From Brevundimonas sp. (GTDB lineage Bacteria > Pseudomonadota > Alphaproteobacteria > Caulobacterales > Caulobacteraceae), in assembly GCF_046295075.1 (NCBI RefSeq), contig NZ_JBKBOC010000001.1:20802-84801 (forward strand): a stretch of 64,000 nucleotides of DNA, read 5' to 3'. Under the pieces are notes generated by a model that did not search any database, was not told where the DNA came from, and worked only from the letters and a program-made list of their open reading frames with translations. Position numbers and translations under genes: made by a program. Shown piece by piece: positions 40,622 through 51,550 of this stretch (its first letter is position 1; each line of letters opens with the position of its first letter).

Positions 40622-40846
40622 TCAGCCGAAGATCATCAGGATGCCGAGCACGAAGGCCAGGATGCCCAGGGCTTCGGCAAGGGCGGCGCCCACGAACAGG
40701 TTGCCGACTTGACCGGCAGCGGCCGACGGGTTGCGCAGGGCGCCGGCCAGGAACTGACCGAAGATGTTGCCCACGCCCAGGGCCGAACCGATCATGCCCA
40801 GGGTTGCGAGACCGGCACCGATGTATTTGGCGGCTTCAGCGTCCAT
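40622..40846 (-). CDS. atpE: F0 ATP synthase subunit c
   Basis: ALRNP loop and conserved Glu in ALAEA. Confidence 0.97.
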   Translation of the reverse strand: MDAEAAKYIGAGLATLGMIGSALGVGNIFGQFLAGALRNPSAAAGQVGNLFVGAALAEALGILAFVLGILMIFG

Positions 40847-40903
40847 GATTGTATTCCTAGATTAAAGTCGTTGGTGGTTGGGGTGAAGAGACTGGTCCGG
40901 CCC

Positions 40904-41689
40904 TTAGTGGGCGTGGTCCAGGTTGACCACATCATTCAGATAGATGCAGGCCAGAACGGCGAAGACGAAGGCCTGGAGGAAGGCCACGAGGAACTCCAGC
41001 GCGGTCAGGGCGACGACCATGCCCAGCGACAGGGCCGCGACCGGGAAGGCCAGCAGACCGATGCCGCCGCTCAGGCCCAGCATGCCCAGGGACACGACGA
41101 AGCCGGCGAAGATCTTCAGCGCCACGTGACCGCCCAGCATGTTGCCGAACAGACGAAGCGCCAGGGTGACCGGACGCAGCAGGAAGGAGACGAACTCGAT
41201 CAGGCCGACGACGGGGCGCAGCGCCAGCGGCGCGCCCATGGGCCAGAACAGCTTGAAGAAGCCCAGGCCGTTCTTGGCGAAGCCGACCACCAGCACCAGA
41301 CCGAAGGTGATCAGGGCGAAGGTGACCGTGATGGCCAGTTGCGACGTCGCCGTGAAGGTCAGGAACAGACCCAGGATGTTCATGCCCAGGATCAGCGTGA
41401 ACAGGGTGAAGACGAACGGGAAATATTTGCGGCCTTCGTGACCGATTATGGAATCGGCCAGGTTGTCGATCAGGCCGAACATGCCCTCGCCCGCCGATTG
41501 CAGGCGCCCCGGCACGATCTTGGCGTTCGACGTCACGGCGGCCAGGAAGCCGACGATCACCACGAAGGCGGCCGTCATGGCGATGTGCGAATTGGTGATC
41601 GCCAGATCGACCACGCCCAGAACAGGCAGGGTCACGTCAGGAAGGTCGATGACCTTCTGAATCTGAAACTGATGAATCGGATCGGCCAT
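40904..41689 (-). CDS. atpB: F0 ATP synthase subunit a
   Basis: Motifs RPVTLALRLFGNMLGGH and VAFLQAFVF. Confidence 0.97.
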   Translation of the reverse strand: MADPIHQFQIQKVIDLPDVTLPVLGVVDLAITNSHIAMTAAFVVIVGFLAAVTSNAKIVPGRLQSAGEGMFGLIDNLADSIIGHEGRKYFPFVFTLFTLILGMNILGLFLTFTATSQLAITVTFALITFGLVLVVGFAKNGLGFFKLFWPMGAPLALRPVVGLIEFVSFLLRPVTLALRLFGNMLGGHVALKIFAGFVVSLGMLGLSGGIGLLAFPVAALSLGMVVALTALEFLVAFLQAFVFAVLACIYLNDVVNLDHAH

Positions 41690-41695
41690 GAAGCC

Positions 41696-42055
41696 CTATC
41701 GTTCCCCGTCTTCGTCGGCCTCGACATAGGGTTCGGCCGAAGCCGACGTTCCCAACGCCTTTGCCTGCGCCATCAGCCGGTTGGCTGTGCGACGCGCCAT
41801 GTAAATCGACAAGGCGAAGCCCAGAAGGACCCCGCCGATCAAACCCCACGGACGGATCCCAAGGACCCAATCCGCGATCGCCCCGAACGCCAGACCCACC
41901 AGGACGCCGCCGAGAAGCTCGGCGATGATCTTGTAGGCCTGACCCGACACCTGATGGCCGGTCAGCTCGGCGGATTTCTCCGCCGTCGTCCGCGCCTCCA
42001 ATGCGGATGCGCTGTCTTGGAGGCGTTTGATCGCCTCTTCGCGCGATTCCGGCAT
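41696..42055 (-). CDS. atpI: ATP synthase protein I (AtpZ/AtpI)
   Basis: Two TM helices; first gene of the F0 operon. Confidence 0.85.
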   Translation of the reverse strand: MPESREEAIKRLQDSASALEARTTAEKSAELTGHQVSGQAYKIIAELLGGVLVGLAFGAIADWVLGIRPWGLIGGVLLGFALSIYMARRTANRLMAQAKALGTSASAEPYVEADEDGER

Positions 42056-42305
42056 GGGGGATAGGACCTGTGCGCTCAGCGTCCGGACGGTGCGTCCGAA
42101 CGGGTCTGAATTCGGCGCGGAAACTAATCGTGAGCGGCCCATAGGTCAAGGCGTCGTGATCACGCTCTAAACCGTTGTAGAACTTCAACTTTCGCCGCCT
42201 GTGGACAAGCCGTGACGATGCGCCGCTGTTCACGACGACAGAATCCCGCCCGTCGCGACACGGGTCCGATGGCGATCAGCGCCGCAAACGACTAGGTTCA
42301 CGGCC

Positions 42306-43277
42306 ATGAATGCGCATGTTCCTCCCCCCGCCGCTCCGCTTCGCCCGATTTCGGTGAGGTTGGCGACGCCGCGCGGTTTCTGCGCCGGGGTGGACCGGGC
42401 GATCCAGATCGTCGAGCGGGCCATCGAGAAGTTCGGCGCCCCTGTCTATGTGCGCCACGAGATCGTCCATAACCGCCACGTCGTCGAGCGGCTGAAGGCC
42501 ATGGGCGCGGTCTTCGTCAAGGAACTGGACGAATGCCCGGACGACCGTCCGGTCGTCTTTTCGGCCCACGGGGTGCCCAAGTCGGTCCCCGCCACCGCCC
42601 GGGCGCGCGAGCTGGTGTTCCTGGACGCCACCTGCCCTCTGGTGTCCAAGGTCCATGTCGAGGCCGAGCGCCATCACGCCGCAGGCAAGCACATCATCCT
42701 GATCGGCCATGCGGGCCACCCTGAGGTGGTCGGCACCCTGGGCCAGTTGCCGCAGGGCGCCATCAGCCTGGTCGAGACCGAGGCCGACGCCGAATCGTTC
42801 GAACGCCCCGGCGACGCCCCCCTGGCCTATGCGACCCAGACCACCCTGTCGGTGGACGACACTGCGGGCATCCTGAAGGTGCTGAAGCGCCGCTTTCCCG
42901 AACTGCCCGACCCGCACAAGGAAGACATCTGCTACGCCACCACCAACCGCCAGGATGCGGTCAAGGCGCTGGGTGAGGGCTGCGAGCTGGTGCTGGTGGT
43001 GGGGTCCAAGAACTCGTCCAACTCGGTGCGGCTGGTCGAGGTGGCGATGCGCGCCGGCGCCGGCGCCGCCTATCTGGTGGACGATGCGTCCCAGGTGGAC
43101 TGGATCTGGTTCGACGGGGTCCAGACCGTCGGCGTCACCGCCGGCGCCTCTGCGCCCGAGCCGCTGATCGAGGGCCTGGTGGACGCCATCCGCGCCCGGT
43201 TCGACGCCACGGTGACGGAAGACGACGGCGCCCGCGAGACCGTGACCTTCAAACTGCCGCGCCTTCTGACGGCCTAA
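42306..43277 (+). CDS. ispH: 4-hydroxy-3-methylbut-2-enyl diphosphate reductase
   Basis: Motifs [29 protein letters not shown] and TAGASAPE. Confidence 0.97.
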   Translation: MNAHVPPPAAPLRPISVRLATPRGFCAGVDRAIQIVERAIEKFGAPVYVRHEIVHNRHVVERLKAMGAVFVKELDECPDDRPVVFSAHGVPKSVPATARARELVFLDATCPLVSKVHVEAERHHAAGKHIILIGHAGHPEVVGTLGQLPQGAISLVETEADAESFERPGDAPLAYATQTTLSVDDTAGILKVLKRRFPELPDPHKEDICYATTNRQDAVKALGEGCELVLVVGSKNSSNSVRLVEVAMRAGAGAAYLVDDASQVDWIWFDGVQTVGVTAGASAPEPLIEGLVDAIRARFDATVTEDDGARETVTFKLPRLLTA

Positions 43278-43322
43278 ATCGCTAACCCGCTGGGCGCGAT
43301 GAAGTCCATCTCGTTTCAAATC

Positions 43323-43355
43323 CCGTCACCCTCGGGCTTGTCCCGAGGGTGACGG
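43323..43355. repeat. Collapsed single-hairpin family A element (copy 5)
   Basis: ccgtcaccctcggg-cttgt-cccgagggtgacgg, a 14-bp perfect stem joining both outer termini. Confidence 0.85.
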
Positions 43356-43373
43356 AAGTGGTTGGTGCAGAAC

Positions 43374-44978
43374 CTACTCGACAGCCTGCAAAGGCAGGGC
43401 GACGCGAAAGGTGCTGCCGACGCCGGGCGCGGTCACGACCTCGATCTTGCCGCCCATCAGCGCGGCCAGGCCATGCGCCGCCGTAAGGCCCAGCCCCAGG
43501 CCCTCGGCTGTGCGGGTATTGCTCTCGTCGCCCTGGGTGAAGGCGTCGAACAGGCGCGTCGCCGCCTCTGGCTCCATGCCGGGGCCAGTGTCCTCGACCT
43601 CCAGCACCAGTTGATCGCCGGCGACGGCCCGCAGGGTGATCTGGCCCGTCCGGGTGAACCGCACGGCGTTGTCGCTCAACGCCGCCATTAGTTTCTCGAC
43701 ATGAACCGGATCGCCCAGCCATTCGCCCTCGGCGGCCTCGACCGTCATCTTCAGGCCCTTGGCCTGCGCTGCGCCGTTGAAGTCGTTGGCGACACGCCGC
43801 AGCAGATTGTCGGGCCGGAACGGGCGCGTCTCCAGCGTCACCGCCCCGTCGCGCAGCCGCACCACATCCAGCAACTCCTCGACCAGCCGCAGTTGCTGAC
43901 GACCCGACGCCTTCAGGATTTCCAGCCTGTCTCGCTGCTGGGGCGTGACCAGATCCGCCCCGATCACCTCGGCCATGCCCAGCACCCCGTTCAGCGGCGT
44001 GCGCAGTTCGTGGCTGACGTTCGACAGGAACCGGGTCTTGGCCTGGTTCGCCGCCTCGGCCCGCTCCAGCGCCGCCGACAGGGCGACCTCGGACGCCCGC
44101 AGACGGCGCACATCGGCGGTCGTGTTCCAGAACAGGGACGCCGCGCCCACGATCAGAACCACGACCAACACCAGCAGCAGAGGCCCGGCCCGCGTCAGGA
44201 TCTGATAGCCTGGTCGTTCCGGCGCCCAGACGACGCGACCCAACAGATCGCCGCCGTCGCCGCGCACATCGACGCCGATCATGCCCTGGGGCGGCGCGGC
44301 GTCACCGGGCTGGAAGTGAATACGATCCAGCGCCAGTCGCGTCCTCAACAGATCCAACTCGGCCAGGAAGGGCTTGAACGAGGCGACGACCGGATCGGAC
44401 GCCGGCGTCGCACCCAGGGCCGTATGTCGCACGACGGTCGAGGCGCCCAGCACATAGACGGCGTCGCCCACCCGCACGAAGGCGGCCTTCAGACGAACGC
44501 CTGCGTCCGCAGTCACCGAATGGTCGCGACCAGCGGCTTGTGCGCGCAACCGATCCACCAAGGGTCGGGCAGCGCGCGCGAATGGATCGCCGGCTTCGGC
44601 GCTGGCCGGTCGGGCCTCAGTGCTGATGCGGAACAGCCGACCCGTCGCGTCATAGCCCAGGGTGAAATGGTGCTTGTGCTGGACGGCGTAGAAGGCGCCC
44701 ATGGTGCGATCGTACCAGGGCACGTCGCCCGTCGCCATGTGATCGACCGCCTCGTCCCAGACCGAAGCCGTGGTCAGGTTCTCGCCGATGATTTCCAGCG
44801 CCCGCGTCAAGCGCAGCTGCACCAGCGCCTCTTCCTTGCGGGCCTGGTGGGCATCGATGCCCTGGCTGACCGTGCCAAGAACGCCAGCCATGCCGATGAT
44901 GGACGACAGCATCAGGATCACCGCGATCCTGAACGTGCTCCATGCCCGCCAACCCGTTTTCGATATCACGCCACTCAT
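43374..44978 (-). CDS. Orphan membrane sensor histidine kinase (CHASE4-like, HisKA, HATPase)
   Basis: Two TM segments, SHELRTPLNG, DNAVRFT, DTGPGM and GLGLGL. Confidence 0.88.
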   Translation of the reverse strand: MSGVISKTGWRAWSTFRIAVILMLSSIIGMAGVLGTVSQGIDAHQARKEEALVQLRLTRALEIIGENLTTASVWDEAVDHMATGDVPWYDRTMGAFYAVQHKHHFTLGYDATGRLFRISTEARPASAEAGDPFARAARPLVDRLRAQAAGRDHSVTADAGVRLKAAFVRVGDAVYVLGASTVVRHTALGATPASDPVVASFKPFLAELDLLRTRLALDRIHFQPGDAAPPQGMIGVDVRGDGGDLLGRVVWAPERPGYQILTRAGPLLLVLVVVLIVGAASLFWNTTADVRRLRASEVALSAALERAEAANQAKTRFLSNVSHELRTPLNGVLGMAEVIGADLVTPQQRDRLEILKASGRQQLRLVEELLDVVRLRDGAVTLETRPFRPDNLLRRVANDFNGAAQAKGLKMTVEAAEGEWLGDPVHVEKLMAALSDNAVRFTRTGQITLRAVAGDQLVLEVEDTGPGMEPEAATRLFDAFTQGDESNTRTAEGLGLGLTAAHGLAALMGGKIEVVTAPGVGSTFRVALPLQAVE

Positions 44979-45029
44979 AAAGTTGAGCTTAGCCGGCGCT
45001 GACTAAAACTGCGTGAACGTGGTTCAGCG

Positions 45030-45701
45030 TCAGCGTGTCTCGCCGACGAAATCTTGGGCGAACTCGGGCGCCTCGTCGTCGAGGGGCAGGCTGCCGTCCT
45101 CGTCGTCGGCCTCCGACGCGCGGCTGGGGTCGGGCACCTCGAACCCGACCGGCAGCGACAGGTCCAGCAGGCCCGCCGCCTTCATTTCCTGCACGCCCGG
45201 CAGGTCGTACAGGGTCGCCAGGCCGAAATGCTCCAGGAACCGATCCGTGGTCGCATAGGTCACGGGCCGCCCCGGCGTGCGCCTGCGCCCCCGCAACCGC
45301 ACGAACCCCATCTCCAGCAGCAGGTCCAGCGTCCCCTTGGAGATGCTGACGCCGCGCACGCTCTCGATCTCGGCGCGGGTGACGGGCTGATGGTAGGCGA
45401 TGATAGCCAGGGTCTCCAGCGCGGCCTTAGACAGGCGGCGCGGCTCCTCGCGCTCCTGCGTCATCATGAAGGCCAGGTCCGGCGCGGTGCGGAACCGCCA
45501 GCGGTCGGCGACACACTCCAGCTCCACCCCCCGCCCCTCGTAACGGGCGCGCAGGCCGGCGATGGCGCGCGCGACATTGCAGTTCTCGGGCAGCCGTGCG
45601 GCGATCTCGGCGGCCGTCAGCGGCCCGGCGGCGGCGAACAGCAGGGCCTCGACCCGCCGCTCGATCTCGGCCTCGTCGGGCTGGAACGAGAGGTCGCTCA
45701 C
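45030..45701 (-). CDS. scpB: SMC-Scp complex subunit ScpB
   Basis: Motifs VEALLFAA, LETLAIIAYHQPVTRAEIE.IRGV and PGRP. Confidence 0.96.
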   Translation of the reverse strand: MSDLSFQPDEAEIERRVEALLFAAAGPLTAAEIAARLPENCNVARAIAGLRARYEGRGVELECVADRWRFRTAPDLAFMMTQEREEPRRLSKAALETLAIIAYHQPVTRAEIESVRGVSISKGTLDLLLEMGFVRLRGRRRTPGRPVTYATTDRFLEHFGLATLYDLPGVQEMKAAGLLDLSLPVGFEVPDPSRASEADDEDGSLPLDDEAPEFAQDFVGETR

Positions 45702-46519
45702 GGCGTCAGCTCCAGCGGCTGGCCCTGCCCGCGCCGTTTCAGGAACAGCTCGGCGAACGCCTGCGTCTGTCGAATGTCCATCGCCCCCTCCTTCACCAGC
45801 TCCAGACTGGCCGACAGGGTCGAGGCCGTAAAGCTGGCCTGGCTGGGGCCTTCCTCGCCCTCCCGGTGCGGCGCCACCTGATCCAGCGGGGTCCAGTCGG
45901 CCAGCTTCGGCATGATCTCGCGCAGCCAGTCGCGCGCCGCCTCCAGCGGAAAGGCCTCGACCCGCTGGCCCGGCGAATACTGCCGCGCGCCCTCGCGCCG
46001 ACGCTGGGTCACATAGGCGCTCATCAGTTCGTACAGGCTGGCGTCGATCCGGTCCGACGGCACGATCACCGTCGCCTCAGGATCGCCGCGCGTGAAGACG
46101 TCACGCTTCAGCTGGGGTCGCGCCATCAGTTGTTCGACCGAGCGCCGCATGGCCTCCAGCTTCTGCAGGCGGAAGGCCAGGGCGGCGGCCATCTGCTCGG
46201 CCGGCGGCTCCTCGCCCTTGTCTTTCTCGGTGCGCGGCAGCAGCAGCCGCGACTTCAGATAAGCCAGCCACGACGCCATCACGAGGTAGTCCGCCGCCAG
46301 GGCGAAGTTGCGCCGCCGCGCCTCGTGCACGAAGGCCAGATACTGTTCCGCCAACTGGGTGATCGACAGCTTCAGCAGATCGACCTTCTGGTTCCGCGCC
46401 AGGGCCAGCAGGACGTGCAGCGGCCCCTCATAACCGTCCAGATCGACCACGAAGGCCTCGCGATCCTCGACCTCGGCGACGGCGGTGAAATCCAGATTCG
46501 GCTGAAAGGACTCGGACAT
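45698..46519 (-). CDS. scpA: SMC-Scp complex subunit ScpA
   Basis: Motifs YEGPLHVLL.LAR and ADYLVMASWLAYLKSRLLLP. Confidence 0.96.
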   Translation of the reverse strand: MSESFQPNLDFTAVAEVEDREAFVVDLDGYEGPLHVLLALARNQKVDLLKLSITQLAEQYLAFVHEARRRNFALAADYLVMASWLAYLKSRLLLPRTEKDKGEEPPAEQMAAALAFRLQKLEAMRRSVEQLMARPQLKRDVFTRGDPEATVIVPSDRIDASLYELMSAYVTQRRREGARQYSPGQRVEAFPLEAARDWLREIMPKLADWTPLDQVAPHREGEEGPSQASFTASTLSASLELVKEGAMDIRQTQAFAELFLKRRGQGQPLELTP

Positions 46520-46573
46520 CTTTCTTGGCCTACCGCGCTTCGCGCTGCTTGAGGCCGGGACGGTCCAGGTGGC

Positions 46574-47623
46574 TCATGCCTGCGTCTCTCCCACGTCCGG
46601 CCCCGTGGCTGCGTCCAGCCGACCGCCCATCGCACGGAAGAAGCGTTCGTGCCCCGCGACTGGATCCAGCGGCTCCGGCGTCCGCACGATCCGCGCCATC
46701 GCCGCCTCGGCCCGCGCCCTAGCCCTGCCCTTCAGCTTGCCGGTCGCCTCGGCCACCGCCTGCATCTCGGCCATGTCGCCGTTGCAATGTAGAACCACGT
46801 CGCACCCGGCCTTCAGCGACCGGTGCGCCCGCTCGCCCACCGATCCGCTCAGCGCCTGCATCGACAGGTCGTCGGTCATGATCAGGCCGGAGAAGCCCAG
46901 ATGCTCGCGCATCATCTTCACGGCCTTCTTCGACTGGGTCGCCGGGCGCTTCTTGTCCACGGCGGTGAAGACGATGTGCGCCGTCATGGCCAGGGGCATG
47001 TCCGACAGCGCCTTGAATGGCGCAAAGTCCCAGCCGTCCAGCGTCTCGAAATCGGCATGGACCGTCGGCAGGTCCTTGTGGCTGTCGGCGAAGGCCCGGC
47101 CATGCCCCGGCATATGTTTGATGCAGGGCAGCACCCCGCCCGCCAACAGGCCTTCCGCCGCCGCCCGCCCCAGCAGGGCGACCATCACCGGATCCCGGCC
47201 ATAGGCGCGGTCGCCGACGATGTCGTGGGCGCCAGGCACCGGCACGTCCAGCACCGGCAGCAGATCGACGTTGATGCCGACCTCTTTCAGGTCGTGCGCC
47301 ATCAGCCGCGCGCCCAGCCGCGCCATTTCGCGGGCGTCCATCGGATCGTTCGACGCCTTCAGATAGGCGTTCCCCGGCGGATATTTGGGCCAGTGCGGCG
47401 GCCCCATCCGTTGGACCCGCCCGCCCTCCTGATCGATCAGGATCGGCGCGTCGGGATCTCCTATGACGGCCCGCAATTCGTCGGTCAGCGTCCTGACCTG
47501 CTCAGGCGTGTCGATGTTGCGCCGGAAGAGGATGAAACCCCACGGACGCGCATCGGCGAAGAAGGCCCGCTCGTCCTCCGTAAGCCGATGGCCCGAACAG
47601 CCGTAGATGGCGGCGGAGGTCAT
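46574..47623 (-). CDS. nagZ: Beta-N-acetylhexosaminidase
   Basis: Motifs IDQEGGRVQR, KHMPGHG..ADSH and MTDDLSM. Confidence 0.95.
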   Translation of the reverse strand: MTSAAIYGCSGHRLTEDERAFFADARPWGFILFRRNIDTPEQVRTLTDELRAVIGDPDAPILIDQEGGRVQRMGPPHWPKYPPGNAYLKASNDPMDAREMARLGARLMAHDLKEVGINVDLLPVLDVPVPGAHDIVGDRAYGRDPVMVALLGRAAAEGLLAGGVLPCIKHMPGHGRAFADSHKDLPTVHADFETLDGWDFAPFKALSDMPLAMTAHIVFTAVDKKRPATQSKKAVKMMREHLGFSGLIMTDDLSMQALSGSVGERAHRSLKAGCDVVLHCNGDMAEMQAVAEATGKLKGRARARAEAAMARIVRTPEPLDPVAGHERFFRAMGGRLDAATGPDVGETQA

Positions 47624-47633
47624 ATCCCCCTCA

Positions 47634-47769
47634 CCGTCACCCTCGGGCTTGTCCCGAGGGCCCACGGTTCAGCGCCCAGAATGCATGAACGGGACGCACA
47701 TCCCCTCCCCTCGCCCCGTCGACCGCGATGCGGACGGGTGTGCCCTCGGGACAAGCCCGAGGGTGATGG
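47634..47769. repeat. REP/REPIN-like element, family A copy 6
   Basis: Ends ccgtcaccctcgggcttgtcccgagggccc ... gccctcgggacaagcccgagggtgatgg. Confidence 0.9.
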
Positions 47770-47783
47770 AAGGTAAAACCGCA

Positions 47784-48551
47784 TCACCGAACGATGCAGT
47801 CCCGCCCGGCGGCCTTCAGCGCATTGCAGAAGGCGACCGCCCGCTCGCGCGACAGGCCCGAGAAGGTGGTGCGGTACAGGGTCGAACCGCTGGACGAGGT
47901 CACTTCGGTCACCCGCTTCTGGGCGCCCGACGCATATTGACCGAACCGGCCGGCGACGGCGGCGTATTCGCGGTCGGCGATCTCAGTCGAGGAGAAGGCG
48001 CCGATCTGCACCGCGGCCGAGCCCGTCGCAGCGGCCGGAGCCGTCGTCGCCGGTGCGGCCGGAGCAGGCGTCGTCGGACGCGGCGCGGGGGCTGCGGGTC
48101 TCGTGGCGGCGGGCGGCAGGCCCTGACCGGTTGGCGCTGCGGTCGGCGGCGCGGCGGGACGCGGCTGGGGCGCTTCCGGCGGCGGGGTGAAGGTCACGGG
48201 AGCGTCGGTCGTCTCGCCCTCGTCGCGATAGACGCGCACCCCCTCTGCCGGATCGATCGGCTGGGCGTCGACGGGCGGCGCCGTCTTCATCTCGCCGACG
48301 GGCTGGCCCACCGCAGGCGGCGCGTCAGTCGAGGCGCGCATGCCAGAGCGATAGAAGAAGATCACGGCCACGATCAGCAGCAGCAGAACCACCGCGCTGA
48401 TGATCAGGGTGACCGGCGGCGCCTTGCCCCCGCCCGAGCCGACATTGCGGCCACTGCGCGGGTCATAGCTGTTGCGACGGAACGGCAGGTCGTCATCGGT
48501 CGGGGGCGTATAGGCGCCCCGGCCCGGCTTGTTGTCGTCATCAAAGGACAT
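47784..48551 (-). CDS. ftsN: SPOR domain cell-division protein (FtsN-like)
   Basis: Single TM, Pro/Ala linker and C-terminal SPOR domain (VQIGAFSS...FCNALK..G.DC), positioned between dgt and nagZ. Confidence 0.75.
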   Translation of the reverse strand: MSFDDDNKPGRGAYTPPTDDDLPFRRNSYDPRSGRNVGSGGGKAPPVTLIISAVVLLLLIVAVIFFYRSGMRASTDAPPAVGQPVGEMKTAPPVDAQPIDPAEGVRVYRDEGETTDAPVTFTPPPEAPQPRPAAPPTAAPTGQGLPPAATRPAAPAPRPTTPAPAAPATTAPAAATGSAAVQIGAFSSTEIADREYAAVAGRFGQYASGAQKRVTEVTSSSGSTLYRTTFSGLSRERAVAFCNALKAAGRDCIVR

Positions 48552-48628
48552 GGTCGCGCTCCGCCGTCTGTCAGGCGCGAATCGGCGCGCCGAACGATCA
48601 CTCTACGCCCCCGCGTGCATCTTTCGAA

Positions 48629-49819
<1,191 letters not shown>

Positions 49820-49881
49820 GTGATCAACTTTGAAGCGGGCGGCCCTTTGCGAACGCCCTTGCGCGCCTCATATAGACAGCC

Positions 49882-50268
49882 GTGAGCACCGTCCAATCCA
49901 CAGAACCGTCCACACCCGCCTTCAGCGTCGCCACGCGCGCGCCAGAAGGCATCGTCCTGGCCGTCAGCGCCGCCAAACGCCTGGCCAAACTGGGCGCGGC
50001 CGAGGGCAAGACGCTAATGCTGCGTGTCGCGGTGGACGGCGGCGGCTGTTCGGGCTTCCAGTACCGGTTCGAACTGGTCGAGACGGCCGAGGATGACGAC
50101 CTGCGGATCCAGGCCGACGGCCAGGCGGCGGTGATCGACCCCGTCTCGGTCCCGTTCCTGAAGAATTCCGAGATCGCCTATGTCGACGAACTTGCCGGCG
50201 CCCAGTTCGTCGTCCGCAATCCCAACGCCGCCTCCAGCTGCGGCTGCGGCGTCAGCTTCTCGATCTGA
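49882..50268 (+). CDS. erpA: Fe-S cluster insertion protein (HesB/IscA family)
   Basis: Motifs GGGCSGFQY and CGCGVSF. Confidence 0.92.
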   Translation: MSTVQSTEPSTPAFSVATRAPEGIVLAVSAAKRLAKLGAAEGKTLMLRVAVDGGGCSGFQYRFELVETAEDDDLRIQADGQAAVIDPVSVPFLKNSEIAYVDELAGAQFVVRNPNAASSCGCGVSFSI

Positions 50269-50274
50269 CGCCGA

Positions 50275-50457
50275 TCACCGTCGGCGCCGGATCAGCGCCC
50301 AGACAGTAACGACCACGGTCGAGGCCAGAAGGGTCGAAAAGACCGCATCCCAGGCTCCGTCTCCCAGCAGAGCGCCGATCAGTCCCGTCAGGCTGAGTAC
50401 GAACACCACGACGGGCGCACCGAAGATGGCCCAGATATTCAGGTCCTTGCGGCTCAT
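50275..50457 (-). CDS. 60-aa two-TM protein at the end of the iron-uptake operon
   Basis: ATGA overlap with the PepSY gene; segment LIGALLGDGAWD. Confidence 0.75.
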   Translation of the reverse strand: MSRKDLNIWAIFGAPVVVFVLSLTGLIGALLGDGAWDAVFSTLLASTVVVTVWALIRRRR

Positions 50458-51545
50458 GCCGGCTTCCGCCGTCCCTTGCCCAGCCAGAGATAGAGGCCGG
50501 ACGCCAGGATGACGATGGTGGCGATGTCCAGCAGCGCCCACAGGATCTTCAGCGCCAGCCCGCCATAGTCGCCGAAGTGCAGCGGCTGCGACAGCGACAG
50601 CGCCTTCACATACCAGGGCATCGGGGCCACGGCCGCCAGTTCTCCCGTCCGGGCGTCGATCAGGGCCGGGGTGGTCAGATGGGTCGTCAGCGGCGTGTCG
50701 CCGTGGAAGAAGACGGCATAGTGGTGATCGGTCGAATAGTCGGTCCCCGGAAACGCCACGAACTGCAGCTTCATGCCCGGCAGCGCCTGTTTCGCCCGCG
50801 CCACCGCCGCATCCAGCGACGCTCGCTCGCCCGCAGGCGCCGGGGCGTCATAGGCGAGGGTCAGGTCCTTCAGCGCCGTGTTCTTCCAATAGGCCAGGAT
50901 CGGCGTGGCCAGGGTGTTGACCACCCCCGTCGCCCCGACCACCAGCACCCACCCGGCCGTCACCACGCCCAGCAGGTTGTGATAGTCCAGCCAGCGGGTC
51001 CGCGCGGCCTTCCGGGCCCGCACCGTGCCGAACGGCAGCCGGCGCATGAAGGGCGCATACAGCACCACCCCCGACACCACCGCCGCGATCAGCATCAGGC
51101 CCATCAGGCCCAGGAACAGCATGCCCGGCAGGCCCAGGAACATGTCGGTGTGGAGCTGAAGCAGGAACTCCATCACCGGATGGCCGGCGACCGGCGGCGC
51201 CACCTCGCCGCTGGTGCGGTCGATGGGCTCGAAACTGTATTTCCCCGCCGGCCCGTTCGGATCGACGCTGGTGACGTTCACCACCGGCCGGTCCTCGTCG
51301 AAGCTCATGAAGGCCGGAACCTCGCCCGGATGCAGGGCCAGTCCCGCCGCCAGCACCTCGTCCAGGCTTAGCGGCGGCGCCTCCGGGTTCGCCGGAGCCC
51401 AGGCCTGCGGCAGCAGCACCTCTTCAATCTCGTGCGTGAACACCAGCGGCAGGCCGGTCACGCACAGCATCAGCAGGAACAGGGTCGAGACCAGGCTCGA
51501 CCACTTGTGCACCCAGGTCCAGGCGCGGATGGTCCGCGTCTTCAT
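50454..51545 (-). CDS. PepSY-associated TM helix protein (putative ferric-siderophore reductase)
   Basis: Motifs HKWSSL..., LHTDM, DYHN and PLHFGDYGG. Confidence 0.9.
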   Translation of the reverse strand: MKTRTIRAWTWVHKWSSLVSTLFLLMLCVTGLPLVFTHEIEEVLLPQAWAPANPEAPPLSLDEVLAAGLALHPGEVPAFMSFDEDRPVVNVTSVDPNGPAGKYSFEPIDRTSGEVAPPVAGHPVMEFLLQLHTDMFLGLPGMLFLGLMGLMLIAAVVSGVVLYAPFMRRLPFGTVRARKAARTRWLDYHNLLGVVTAGWVLVVGATGVVNTLATPILAYWKNTALKDLTLAYDAPAPAGERASLDAAVARAKQALPGMKLQFVAFPGTDYSTDHHYAVFFHGDTPLTTHLTTPALIDARTGELAAVAPMPWYVKALSLSQPLHFGDYGGLALKILWALLDIATIVILASGLYLWLGKGRRKPA

Positions 51546-51550
51546 CCGGC

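Noticed and set aside
39466-42055. F0 operon without F1 genes
   Set aside because: Split atp operons are the normal arrangement in alphaproteobacteria.
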